Positions 9,719 through 17,934 of a stretch of DNA of 64,000 bases are shown piece by piece. Position 1 is the stretch's first letter. Every line of letters begins with the position of its first letter. The DNA is from Ignavibacteriales bacterium. GTDB taxonomy: Bacteria; Bacteroidota; Ignavibacteria; Ignavibacteriales; SURF-24. The notes under the pieces were generated by a model that saw nothing but the letters and a program-made list of their open reading frames with translations, ran no database searches and had not been told where the DNA came from. The position numbers and the translations under genes are program-made. Location: positions 20,060-84,059 of the forward strand of contig JBLMZM010000053.1 in NCBI GenBank assembly GCA_050258815.1, read 5' to 3'.

Positions 9719-11728
9719 ATGGAAAACAACTTTGTAACTATAGATGGAAGAAAAATTCCGCTTAACGGAGAGAAAAACCTTTTAGAAATAATAAGAAAAT
9801 CCGGGATCGAATTACCGACATTCTGCTATCACTCGGAACTGAGCGTATATGGGGCCTGCAGACTCTGTCTGGTCGAGATCGACGGCAGGGGTATCACCGG
9901 TGCCTGCTCTACTAAACCGGAACCGGGCATGAAAATAAAAACCACTACTCAGGAGATACGCGAAATAAGAAAAATTACGCTTGAACTCCTGCTTGCAAAT
10001 GGCGAACATCACTGCCCTACCTGCGTTAAAAGTTCGAACTGCAAACTGCAGGATATAGCAAGACGCCATGGCGTTGAGGATATCAGATTCAAGAGAATTA
10101 ACCAGAATATACCTCTGGATAACTCAACACATTCACTCGTCAGGGATCCCAACAAATGCATTCTCTGCGGCGACTGCGTAAGAGCATGCAGCGAGATTCA
10201 GAGCGTAGGCGCAATTGACTTTGCATACAGAGGCTCCAATGCCGCCGTTCTGCCGGCCTTCGGTAAGGATCTTTCAATGGTTGAATGTATCGACTGCGGA
10301 CAGTGCTCAAGAGTGTGCCCGACGGGCGCCATTACTCCCAAATCCGAGATCAATGACGTCTGGAAAGCAATCAGCGATCCAACCAAGACTGTAATTGCAC
10401 AGATAGCTCCTGCCGTCAGAGTCGCCATTGGCGAAATGTTCAATATGGCTCCTGGAATTGATGCTACCGGACAAATCGTATCAGCCCTTAAGATCATGGG
10501 ATTTGACAAGATATTTGACACCTCCTTTACCGCAGACCTTACTATTGTGGAGGAAGCAAATGAGCTTCTTAAGAGAATAGAAAAGGGCGAAAAACTGCCC
10601 CAGTTTACCTCATGCTGCCCGGGATGGGTTAAATTCGCAGAACAGTATTTCCCTGACCTGCTGCCAAACCTCTCATCCTGCCGTTCACCTCAGCAGATGT
10701 TCGGATCCCTGGCCAAGGAAACACTTACAAAAGAACTTAATAAGGACAGAAAAGACCTCGTGATAGTATCTATTATGCCCTGTACTGCAAAGAAGTTCGA
10801 GGCCAGGCGTCCGGAATTTTCACAGGATGGAATCCGGGACGTGGACTTTGTACTGACCACACAGGAATTGGGACAAATGATTGATCAGGCGGGCATTATA
10901 TTCAATAAGCTTGAGCCCGAATCACTGGATATGCCATTTGGTTTCAAAACTGGCGCCGGAGTCATCTTCGGTAACTCAGGTGGTGTTATGGAGGCCGCTC
11001 TCAGGTTAGTTTATGAAAAACTGAGCGGAAAGAAACTCGAGAACGTCGACTTCCACGAAGTGCGGGGTATGGAAGGCTTGCGTGAGGTAAGTCTTAACAT
11101 TGCCGGCAGAGATGTAAGAGTTGCAGTAGTGCATGGACTGAAAAATGCGCGTGCCATTGCAGAAAAGGTAAAAAAAGGTGAATGCCAGTATGACTTTATT
11201 GAAGTAATGTCGTGCCCTAATGGATGTATCGGCGGTGCCGGCCAGCCCGTTACCTTTGAAATGAGCGTCAAGGAAAAAAGAACAAGCGGCTTGTACTCCT
11301 GCGACAAAAATCTGCAGCTTCACAAGTCCCAGGATAATCCCTTTGTCATAGAATCTTATAACACTACACTCGAATATGCCGGCAGTCCCAAAGCCCATCA
11401 CCTCCTGCATACTTCATACAGCAGCAGGCGCAGGGTATCGGACGTCGACATACCTCTGCTTAATGGCTCTGAAAAAAATAAACTTGAGATCAGCGTTTGC
11501 GTCGGGACAAGCTGCTACCTGAAAGGCTCGCAGGACCTTCTCCATAAGCTGATCGATCACATAGATGACAATAACCTTCAGGAGAAAGTCGACGTTAAGG
11601 CTACTTTCTGCCTGGAACAGTGCGACCGCGGCCCCTCGGTTACCATTAATGGCCATACACTGGAAAAGTGCTCACTTGAGATGGCCTGCGGGGTAATAAG
11701 TGAGGAACTGAAGAAAAACCAGGATTAG
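9719..11728 (+). CDS. hydA: [FeFe]-hydrogenase catalytic subunit HydA (multidomain, trimeric A3-like type)
   Basis: 669 aa. The N-terminus has 2Fe-2S, His-ligated 4Fe-4S and 2x4Fe-4S motifs. The H-cluster motifs FTSCCPGW, IMPCTAKKFE and EVMSCPNGCIGGAGQP are all present. A C-terminal Trx-like 2Fe-2S domain follows (VCVGTSCYLKG...CLEQCDRGP). The gene starts 1 nt after the hydB stop. Confidence 0.9.
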   Translation: MENNFVTIDGRKIPLNGEKNLLEIIRKSGIELPTFCYHSELSVYGACRLCLVEIDGRGITGACSTKPEPGMKIKTTTQEIREIRKITLELLLANGEHHCPTCVKSSNCKLQDIARRHGVEDIRFKRINQNIPLDNSTHSLVRDPNKCILCGDCVRACSEIQSVGAIDFAYRGSNAAVLPAFGKDLSMVECIDCGQCSRVCPTGAITPKSEINDVWKAISDPTKTVIAQIAPAVRVAIGEMFNMAPGIDATGQIVSALKIMGFDKIFDTSFTADLTIVEEANELLKRIEKGEKLPQFTSCCPGWVKFAEQYFPDLLPNLSSCRSPQQMFGSLAKETLTKELNKDRKDLVIVSIMPCTAKKFEARRPEFSQDGIRDVDFVLTTQELGQMIDQAGIIFNKLEPESLDMPFGFKTGAGVIFGNSGGVMEAALRLVYEKLSGKKLENVDFHEVRGMEGLREVSLNIAGRDVRVAVVHGLKNARAIAEKVKKGECQYDFIEVMSCPNGCIGGAGQPVTFEMSVKEKRTSGLYSCDKNLQLHKSQDNPFVIESYNTTLEYAGSPKAHHLLHTSYSSRRRVSDVDIPLLNGSEKNKLEISVCVGTSCYLKGSQDLLHKLIDHIDDNNLQEKVDVKATFCLEQCDRGPSVTINGHTLEKCSLEMACGVISEELKKNQD

Positions 11729-11787
11729 CGATTTCTCAGGCATGATAATTGTCCCGTTCAAAGTGTTAAATAAATAAACACCCTCTG

Positions 11788-11819
11788 GTGTCCGCCATGA
11801 ACTGGCGGACACATTTTTT
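11788..11819 (+). terminator. intrinsic terminator after hydA
   Basis: GTGTCCGCC (11788-11796) pairs with GGCGGACAC (11804-11812) around a 7-nt loop, followed by ATTTTTT. It ends 22 nt before the next ATG. Confidence 0.7.
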
Positions 11820-11841
11820 CACAATTAACACCGGAACAACA

Positions 11842-12477
11842 ATGATTGGCAATAAGCACTCAATTATCAGGCTTTTGAAGTACAAAAGTTCGTTACTGCG
11901 CTTTAGAATACTCGGTTTTAAGAGAGTATTTTCAGAAAATCTGGCCGATGCAGCGGATGTTACGGCTGCCCAGGTTAGAAAAGATTTCTCATTATTTGGA
12001 ATTTCCGGATACCGCAGGGGCGGATATCAGATTGATGAGCTGCTCACCCGGCTTAACAGCATACTGGGTAAAGATGAAATCCAGAAGGTGATTATTGTTG
12101 GCGCAGGCAATATTGGCAGCGCCCTGCTGAAGTACAGGGGATTCGATAAAGAAGGGATCCAGATTACGGCGGGATTTGACATTGACCCGGAAAAAATGAG
12201 CCGGGAAGGCAGCATACCTGTATATCCCTTTGATGAAATGAAGGATTTTGTTACATGTAATAACATTAAAATTGGAATACTGGCTGTAACAGAAATATTT
12301 GCCCAGGAAGTGCTCGATACAATGATTTCGGCAGGCATTAAGGGGGTCCTTAATTTTGCCCCCGTAAAGTTGAAAGGCACCGCAGACGTCTTTATCAGTA
12401 ACGTGGACCTCCTTGGCGAACTGGAAAAGGTGATTTATTTTGTCAAGTCCGCTGATGACAAGCTGAAGACTGAATAA
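11842..12477 (+). CDS. rex: second Rex-family redox-sensing regulator (paralog)
   Basis: The ORF-track start (11788) lies inside the terminator stem, so the ATG at 11842 is preferred. SIIRLLKYKSSLLRF...AAQVRKDFSLFG winged helix plus GAGNIGSALL Rossmann motif, with the same architecture as 6529-7170. Confidence 0.8.
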   Translation: MIGNKHSIIRLLKYKSSLLRFRILGFKRVFSENLADAADVTAAQVRKDFSLFGISGYRRGGYQIDELLTRLNSILGKDEIQKVIIVGAGNIGSALLKYRGFDKEGIQITAGFDIDPEKMSREGSIPVYPFDEMKDFVTCNNIKIGILAVTEIFAQEVLDTMISAGIKGVLNFAPVKLKGTADVFISNVDLLGELEKVIYFVKSADDKLKTE

Positions 12478-12525
12478 AACCCTGTTTTCACTTTTTCTCC
12501 TGCGGCCTAAAATGGAGTAACTGTT

Positions 12526-12783
12526 ATGCAAGAGGAAAATATTGTCAATAATATTGTAGTCTGTATGGGGAGTTCCTGTTTTTCAAGAGGCAATAACAAG
12601 AACCTGGAAGTAATCGAAGAATTTGTGCGGATTAATAATCTGACCGCAAAAGTGGAGATTGCAGGTAACCTCTGTGAAGATAAATGCAATAAAGGGCCCA
12701 ATATCAGCATTAATGGCAAGCTGTATAACTCAATGGATCCCGGATCCCTGGTGGAACTTCTGCACCACTTACTCATTAAATAA
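12526..12783 (+). CDS. small thioredoxin-like [2Fe-2S] ferredoxin (NuoE-fold)
   Basis: 85 aa. VCMGSSCFSRG ... CEDKCNKGPNISING has the same four-Cys spacing as the HydC and HydA C-terminal domains. Confidence 0.7.
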   Translation: MQEENIVNNIVVCMGSSCFSRGNNKNLEVIEEFVRINNLTAKVEIAGNLCEDKCNKGPNISINGKLYNSMDPGSLVELLHHLLIK

Positions 12784-12792
12784 AGTGACAAT

Positions 12793-14517
12793 ATGAATTA
12801 CCTCAAACCCGTTTATACGGAAAAAGCAAATTGCCAGGATTGCTATAAATGTGTGCGAGCCTGCCCTGTTAAGGCAATAAAAGTTGAAAATGGCAGCGCA
12901 ACAGTGGTCTATGAATTATGCATAATGTGCGGCGACTGCGTGGAAGTCTGCCCCGCAGGTGCAAAAAAAGTCAGAGATGACCTGGGACGCGTCCGCCGGC
13001 TGCTGAGCCTTAAGAGCCGCGTAATAGCTTCACTTGCACCCTCTTTTGTAAGCGAATTTCCGGGCATCAAACCCGCCCGCATTACCGCCGCATTGAAAAG
13101 GCTAGGCTTTTATGGTGTATCGGAAACTGCACTGGGGGCCCAGGAAGTATCTGCTAATGTCGCCCAGCTCCTGGATAAAAATGAGAATAAGCTGTTCATC
13201 TCATCTGCCTGTCCCTCAGTTGTTGATTATATAATGAAATTTCAGCCTCGGAATTCCCTGGGCCTGACAAATTTCCTCTCACCGCTTCTTACTCAGTGCA
13301 GGCTACTTAGAAACCTCTACGGAAGCGATACAGGAATTGTTTTTATAGGACCCTGCATTTCAAAGAAAAAAGAGGCCGATCTCCACCCGGAATTGCTGGA
13401 TGTGGCAATTACGTTTGAGGACCTCAGGCGCTGGCTTCAGGAAGAAAACCTTTCTCTCGATGAAGTTCCCTTTACAGATGAGGATACTTTTATTCCCGAA
13501 ACCGCAAAGGAAGGTGCCCTGTACCCGATCGATGGGGGCATGAGTGCTGGCATTAAAGCCAACCTGCCTTTAGCAAACTGCCAGTTCATGACCTTCTCGG
13601 GTATCAGTAACATATCCAGTGCCCTGGAGAATATTGACAAACTCAAGCTTAATAATAACCTCTTCCTGGAACTGCTAGCCTGCGAGGGAGGCTGTATAAA
13701 CGGACCCAAGACCTCCAACCGGTGCCAGACAGCACTTAAAAGATATAGCATTTTAAATTACGCCGAATACCCTGATGAGATACCGCGCAAACCAACTATA
13801 ACAATTGAAGAAAATTTCGATATCTCCCCTGCCGTGAGGAAAACCTATAGCGAAAGAGAGATCCGGGCGGTGCTGAACGACATAGGTAAGATCAATACCC
13901 GGGATGAACTTAACTGCGCCGGCTGCGGATATAATACGTGCCGCGACTTTGCCGTTTCTCTGCTGGATGATAAATCCGAGAAAACAATGTGCGTTTCATA
14001 TATGCGGCAGCTCGCACAGAAAAAAGCCAACGCCCTCATCAAAACTATGCCTTCGGGCATTGTAATAGTCGATGACAAACTGAAGATTGTTGAAAGCAAC
14101 CAGAACTGGGCCAAGCTGATGGGAGAGGAAACAGAATTTTTGTTCGAGGTAAAGCCCGGACTTGAGGGCGCATTCCTTAATAAAATTGTGCCGTTCTACA
14201 GACTCTTCCAGAATGTGCTGGATACAGGCACGGATATCATAGGAAAAGAAATTAATTATAACGGCTCCGTGCTGCTGTTTTCCATCTTCACGATTGAAAA
14301 GCACCGCTTCGTGGGCGGCATCTTCAGGGATATCACTGAACCCTGGGTCCGCAAAGAACAGATAATAACCAAAGCCAAGCAGGTAATACGTAAGAATTTG
14401 TCCACTGTACAGAAAATTGCTTATCTGCTCGGTGAAAATGCAGCCGAAACTGAAGTTATTCTGAACGGAATTATTGAATCCTTCTCTACGGATAAAATTG
14501 ATGACATTAATGAGTGA
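12793..14517 (+). CDS. hydS: sensory-type [FeFe]-hydrogenase homolog with PAS domain (HydS/HfsB-like, group C-like)
   Basis: 574 aa with two N-terminal CxxCxxCxxxCP motifs. The H-domain motifs are altered: SSACPSV, GPCISKKKE, ELLACEGGCINGP. An extra Cx2Cx4Cx16C motif (CAGCGYNTC...C) and a C-terminal PAS domain follow. Confidence 0.85.
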   Translation: MNYLKPVYTEKANCQDCYKCVRACPVKAIKVENGSATVVYELCIMCGDCVEVCPAGAKKVRDDLGRVRRLLSLKSRVIASLAPSFVSEFPGIKPARITAALKRLGFYGVSETALGAQEVSANVAQLLDKNENKLFISSACPSVVDYIMKFQPRNSLGLTNFLSPLLTQCRLLRNLYGSDTGIVFIGPCISKKKEADLHPELLDVAITFEDLRRWLQEENLSLDEVPFTDEDTFIPETAKEGALYPIDGGMSAGIKANLPLANCQFMTFSGISNISSALENIDKLKLNNNLFLELLACEGGCINGPKTSNRCQTALKRYSILNYAEYPDEIPRKPTITIEENFDISPAVRKTYSEREIRAVLNDIGKINTRDELNCAGCGYNTCRDFAVSLLDDKSEKTMCVSYMRQLAQKKANALIKTMPSGIVIVDDKLKIVESNQNWAKLMGEETEFLFEVKPGLEGAFLNKIVPFYRLFQNVLDTGTDIIGKEINYNGSVLLFSIFTIEKHRFVGGIFRDITEPWVRKEQIITKAKQVIRKNLSTVQKIAYLLGENAAETEVILNGIIESFSTDKIDDINE

Positions 14518-15703
14518 AGAAATAAACAAGTGCTTCATTGAAGTTGATTATTACCAGAACTTTAAGCATAAACAGATCGTAGGTGGCGACGTTTTCCTGC
14601 TGCATAAGATCAGGGAAGAGAACAGGATTATTTCCGTTTTATCCGACGGCCTAGGCAGCGGAGTGAAAGCCAACGTTCTGGCTACGCTTACCTCAACGAT
14701 GGCAGTAAATTTTATCTCCAACGCTAAGGATATACGCAAGACCGCTGAAATAATCATGAAGACCCTCCCGGTCTGCAAGGTTCGCAAGATTAGTTATTCA
14801 ACCTTTACAATTGCTGACGTGGATGAATCGGGCAGAACCAGGGTCATTGAATATGATAATCCCCCTTTTATACTCGTCAGGGATAAAAGGTTGCTGGAAA
14901 TCCAACATACTCCCATGAAGCTCTCCTTTAACAAATATAAGGAGAACGTCCTGAACTATTCCGAGTTCACGGCTGTTATGGGCGACAGAATTATATTCTT
15001 TTCCGACGGGGTTAGTCAGTCGGGTATGGGCTCAAAATCTACTCCTCTTGGCTGGTGCAGGGAAAATGTTGTTGAATATGCCCTGAAAGTAATCAAAGAC
15101 AACAACGATATTTCTGCGCGCGACCTGGCCCGGAATATTGTCGATAAGGCTTATTATAACGACGGCTATAAACCCAAGGACGACATTACATGCGGCGTTA
15201 TTTATTTCAGGAAACCCCGCAAGCTGATGATCATGACAGGGCCTCCGGTTTCCAGGGAAAAAGACAAGGAGATGGCTGACATGTTCGAAAAGTTCGATGG
15301 AAGAAAAATTCTTTGCGGCGGCACGACTGCCAAAATTATTTCCAGGGAGCTCAGCCGCAGCATCAGTATTGACCTGAAAGACCATGACCCCGAAATTCCC
15401 CCGTGCTGCCAGATGCAGGGGGCTGACCTTGTAACTGAAGGAACTATAACCATTGGGAAAATACTTGAGCTGCTGGAATCGGGCACGCAAAATGAATATC
15501 AGAGGGATAATGCCGTCACAAGACTGTTAAACCACCTTATGAACAGCGACATCATTCATTTCGTAGTAGGGACCAAAATCAATGATGCCCACCAGGATCC
15601 GAACATCCCGGTTGAACTCGGCATCAGAAGAAATCTTATAAAAAATATTGTCAGGTTGCTTGAAGAAAAATACCTGAAAGAAACAAAACTTCAGTTCATA
15701 TAA
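14510..15703 (+). CDS. SpoIIE/PP2C-family serine phosphatase with uncharacterised C-terminal domain
   Basis: GGDVFLL, SDGLGSGVKANV and FFSDGVSQSG motifs. The preferred ATG at 14510 overlaps the hydS stop by 8 nt (the ORF track starts at 14474). The C-terminal ~160 aa match nothing I recognise. Confidence 0.8.
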   Translation: MSEEINKCFIEVDYYQNFKHKQIVGGDVFLLHKIREENRIISVLSDGLGSGVKANVLATLTSTMAVNFISNAKDIRKTAEIIMKTLPVCKVRKISYSTFTIADVDESGRTRVIEYDNPPFILVRDKRLLEIQHTPMKLSFNKYKENVLNYSEFTAVMGDRIIFFSDGVSQSGMGSKSTPLGWCRENVVEYALKVIKDNNDISARDLARNIVDKAYYNDGYKPKDDITCGVIYFRKPRKLMIMTGPPVSREKDKEMADMFEKFDGRKILCGGTTAKIISRELSRSISIDLKDHDPEIPPCCQMQGADLVTEGTITIGKILELLESGTQNEYQRDNAVTRLLNHLMNSDIIHFVVGTKINDAHQDPNIPVELGIRRNLIKNIVRLLEEKYLKETKLQFI

Positions 15704-15731
15704 AATAATTTTTCATGCTCACCTTTAGTCT

Positions 15732-15765
15732 GGGGCGAAGCATTTTCGCCCCTTTCTTTCTTTTA
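15732..15765 (+). terminator. intrinsic terminator after the PP2C gene
   Basis: GGGGCGAA (15732-15739) pairs with TTCGCCCC (15745-15752) around a 5-nt loop, followed by a T-rich tract TTTCTTTCTTTTATTT. Confidence 0.7.
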
Positions 15766-15812
15766 TTTCAATCATACTCTTCTGTTTATTGATAAAGTTG
15801 CCGCTTCCCAAA

Positions 15813-16691
15813 TTATTCAGATGGCCTTTTCATATTCTTCAGCCCCATCTCCGCGATCAGCTGTGAATAGGTAATCAGCTTTAGGTCATTATTCTTTATA
15901 AATTCTTTCGTCATAGTGGATTTGAGGGCATCCAGTTCAGCTTCACGGTGCCTGCTCATTTCCTTTAACCCGAACGAATTCAGGTCCAGCATTGCCTGCA
16001 GCTCAGGTGTATCCTTACCGATGTGGCATACAAGCAGATTAACGGGACCCGGCTTCAGATCCCCCAGGATTGACTTCAGGCTGTCTGCTTTTTTCTCAAT
16101 AGGATCATTATACATGTTGTTCAGGTATATTTCCTGGAAATAGTTCGAAATACCCAGTTTATATTCCTTTGCCAGTTTTTCAACAATCTTTCTGTATTCG
16201 GGCTTGTCAACCGCAGTGCCCATGTGGTAATCCAGATACGATATTTTTAAGCCTGAATGAAGTGCCCGCTCGATCTGCGCCCTTAACTCTTTTTCTATTT
16301 CTTTAAGTTTGGGTGAGTGTGCATAGAACTTAGCGCGCGAGGGTGTAAAATACCCGCAGCTGTCCACCAGACTCGGTACATTTTCTGCACCTGAAACGGG
16401 TCCCCATCTGTAGTTCTTCCATTCAGCATTCAGTGTAAGGTGCACGCCTGCAGTTATTTCAGGATGCTCTTTCAGCATGTCAACGGCTTCCTGGTACCAG
16501 GGACAAACAAACATTACAGAGGCCGAAAATGGCACTCCCGACTCAATGAGCTCTTTTGCTGCCATGTTCACCGAATGCGACATACCAATATCATCACACC
16601 TGATGAGCAGCTTCTTATTCTGAGCCTGAACAAACTGAACCATCATGGCCAGCAGTAACATTAATAGCAGAAATTTCCCCTTCATATTCAT
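15813..16691 (-). CDS. ChbG/YdjC-family carbohydrate deacetylase (secreted)
   Basis: LLIRCDDIGMSHSVNMA and the HLTLN motifs are typical of the YdjC family, and a signal peptide follows the ATG at 16691. The ORF track extends to 16727. Confidence 0.75.
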   Translation of the reverse strand: MNMKGKFLLLMLLLAMMVQFVQAQNKKLLIRCDDIGMSHSVNMAAKELIESGVPFSASVMFVCPWYQEAVDMLKEHPEITAGVHLTLNAEWKNYRWGPVSGAENVPSLVDSCGYFTPSRAKFYAHSPKLKEIEKELRAQIERALHSGLKISYLDYHMGTAVDKPEYRKIVEKLAKEYKLGISNYFQEIYLNNMYNDPIEKKADSLKSILGDLKPGPVNLLVCHIGKDTPELQAMLDLNSFGLKEMSRHREAELDALKSTMTKEFIKNNDLKLITYSQLIAEMGLKNMKRPSE

Positions 16692-16943
16692 ATACCTTAT
16701 TATTTTTTTGTGTAAAACTAAAAACATTCTTGGCTATTATCAAATTCAGGAGAACTTAAAATGCGAAATTTACAGTCATACACGCCCCAGGATATTATGC
16801 GCCAGGCCTCAGCCTTTCAGAAAAGCCGCATTTTCCTCACGGCCTGTGAGCTTATCGTCCGGGCTCAGGATATGACCTGACAAAGTTGTCAGCAGATCAT
16901 GTGATTTTTATTCTTCTTCATAACACTCCTTCAAAAAAGGCAT

Positions 16944-16970
16944 AAAAAAAGGAGAGCCATAAGACTCTCC
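16944..16970 (-). terminator. intrinsic terminator of the small minus-strand gene
   Basis: On the minus strand: GGAGAG-TCTTATGG-CTCTCC followed by T7. On the plus strand this is A7 at 16944-16950 and the hairpin at 16951-16970. Confidence 0.55.
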
Positions 16971-16995
16971 TTCAATAGCAATTCTGCTGCTATAT

Positions 16996-17229
16996 TTATT
17001 CATTCTCACATGACTGTGAACAGCTGGATTTTTCTTTATCTGTACAGGTATGGGTTTTAGCCTTTTTGTTGCTTTCCTTTGTGGCTTTTGTCTTTGCAGC
17101 AGCTTTTTTATCTGTCTTCTGTTCAACTTTAGCCGTCTTTGTAGCACTCTTTTCCTGTGCATAAGAAGAATTAACACCCGTCATCAGAAATGCAGCAGCA
17201 ATAATTGCAGCAAATATTTTTATACGCAT
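16996..17229 (-). CDS. small secreted Lys-rich protein with Cys-rich C-terminus (hypothetical)
   Basis: 77 aa with signal peptide MRIKIFAAIIAAAFLMTGVNSSYA. It has a Lys/Ala/Thr-rich middle and a C-terminal HTCTDKEKSSCSQSC. Its own terminator lies downstream. Confidence 0.5.
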   Translation of the reverse strand: MRIKIFAAIIAAAFLMTGVNSSYAQEKSATKTAKVEQKTDKKAAAKTKATKESNKKAKTHTCTDKEKSSCSQSCENE

Positions 17230-17443
17230 TGCGACTCCTTTAATTAGTTAATAATCCGTGAATTACAACTTGTAAATTACATAAAAACCTGAAAAGGTAA
17301 AAAATAAAATTTATTTTGCCGTTTTTTTGTACGTTTTTCAGTTGATATTTCCTGAGTAATAATTGTTGAGTTGTTTATTATTTTTCCTTTAACTACATTA
17401 AATCGCAATCCCGTTTATTAACAAAATGATAAAGGAGGATAAT

Positions 17444-17908
17444 ATGCCGGCGAAAAAATTAAAACAGTTTCTGGATGCAAATAACGTTAAATATGTAAGC
17501 ATCAAACATTCCCCTGCTTTTACTGCACAGGAGGTCGCCCATTCTGCTCACATTCCCGGAAGGGACCTTGCAAAGACAGTTATAGTAAAGATCGGAGATC
17601 AATTGGCAATGGCGGTCCTGCCGGCCAAATACCTGGTCGACCTGGACCTGATAAGAGAAACTACGGGATCTGATAATGTTGAGTTAGCCAGCGAAAAAGA
17701 ATTCAAAAATGTTTTTCCCGATTGTGAGATAGGCGCTATGCCTCCCTTTGGCAACCTGTACGATATGCCGGTTTATGTTGCCGAAGCCCTGAGAAAAGAA
17801 AAAGAAATCGCTTTTAACGCCGGTTCCCATTCCGAACTGATCAAACTGGCATATGAGGATTTTGAGCGCCTGGTAAAACCCATTATAATCAGGCTTTCAC
17901 TGGTTTAA
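17444..17908 (+). CDS. YbaK/EbsC-like aminoacyl-tRNA deacylase domain protein
   Basis: The ATG at 17444 follows AGGAGG. KYVSIKHSPAFTAQEVA...VIVKIGDQLAMAVLPA...GAMPPFGNLY resembles the YbaK/ProX editing-domain family. Confidence 0.65.
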   Translation: MPAKKLKQFLDANNVKYVSIKHSPAFTAQEVAHSAHIPGRDLAKTVIVKIGDQLAMAVLPAKYLVDLDLIRETTGSDNVELASEKEFKNVFPDCEIGAMPPFGNLYDMPVYVAEALRKEKEIAFNAGSHSELIKLAYEDFERLVKPIIIRLSLV

Positions 17909-17934
17909 TCCGCTCTGTGTTAAGAATAGATTTA

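Noticed and set aside
11763-11783. GTGTTAAATAAATAAACAC as a degenerate Rex-like (TTGTTAA...TTAACAA type) operator for the second operon.
   Set aside because: Only 5-bp arms pair. The spacing and half-sites do not fit either Rex consensus. A TTCACAA half-site at 11816-11822 has no partner.
11788-11841. The upstream GTG start for the second rex gene.
   Set aside because: The first 18 codons are the two arms and the T-tract of the hydA terminator hairpin. The conserved Rex N-terminus begins after the ATG at 11842.
11992-14538. Antisense ORFs 11992..12531, 13437..13751, 13845..14114 and 13996..14538, opposite rex2 and hydS.
   Set aside because: They overlap well-supported sense genes, have no recognisable motifs or start context, and have odd composition. 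The same reasoning applies to 1097..1510, 25984..26553, 44765..45334, 58225..58698 and the other internal antisense ORFs.
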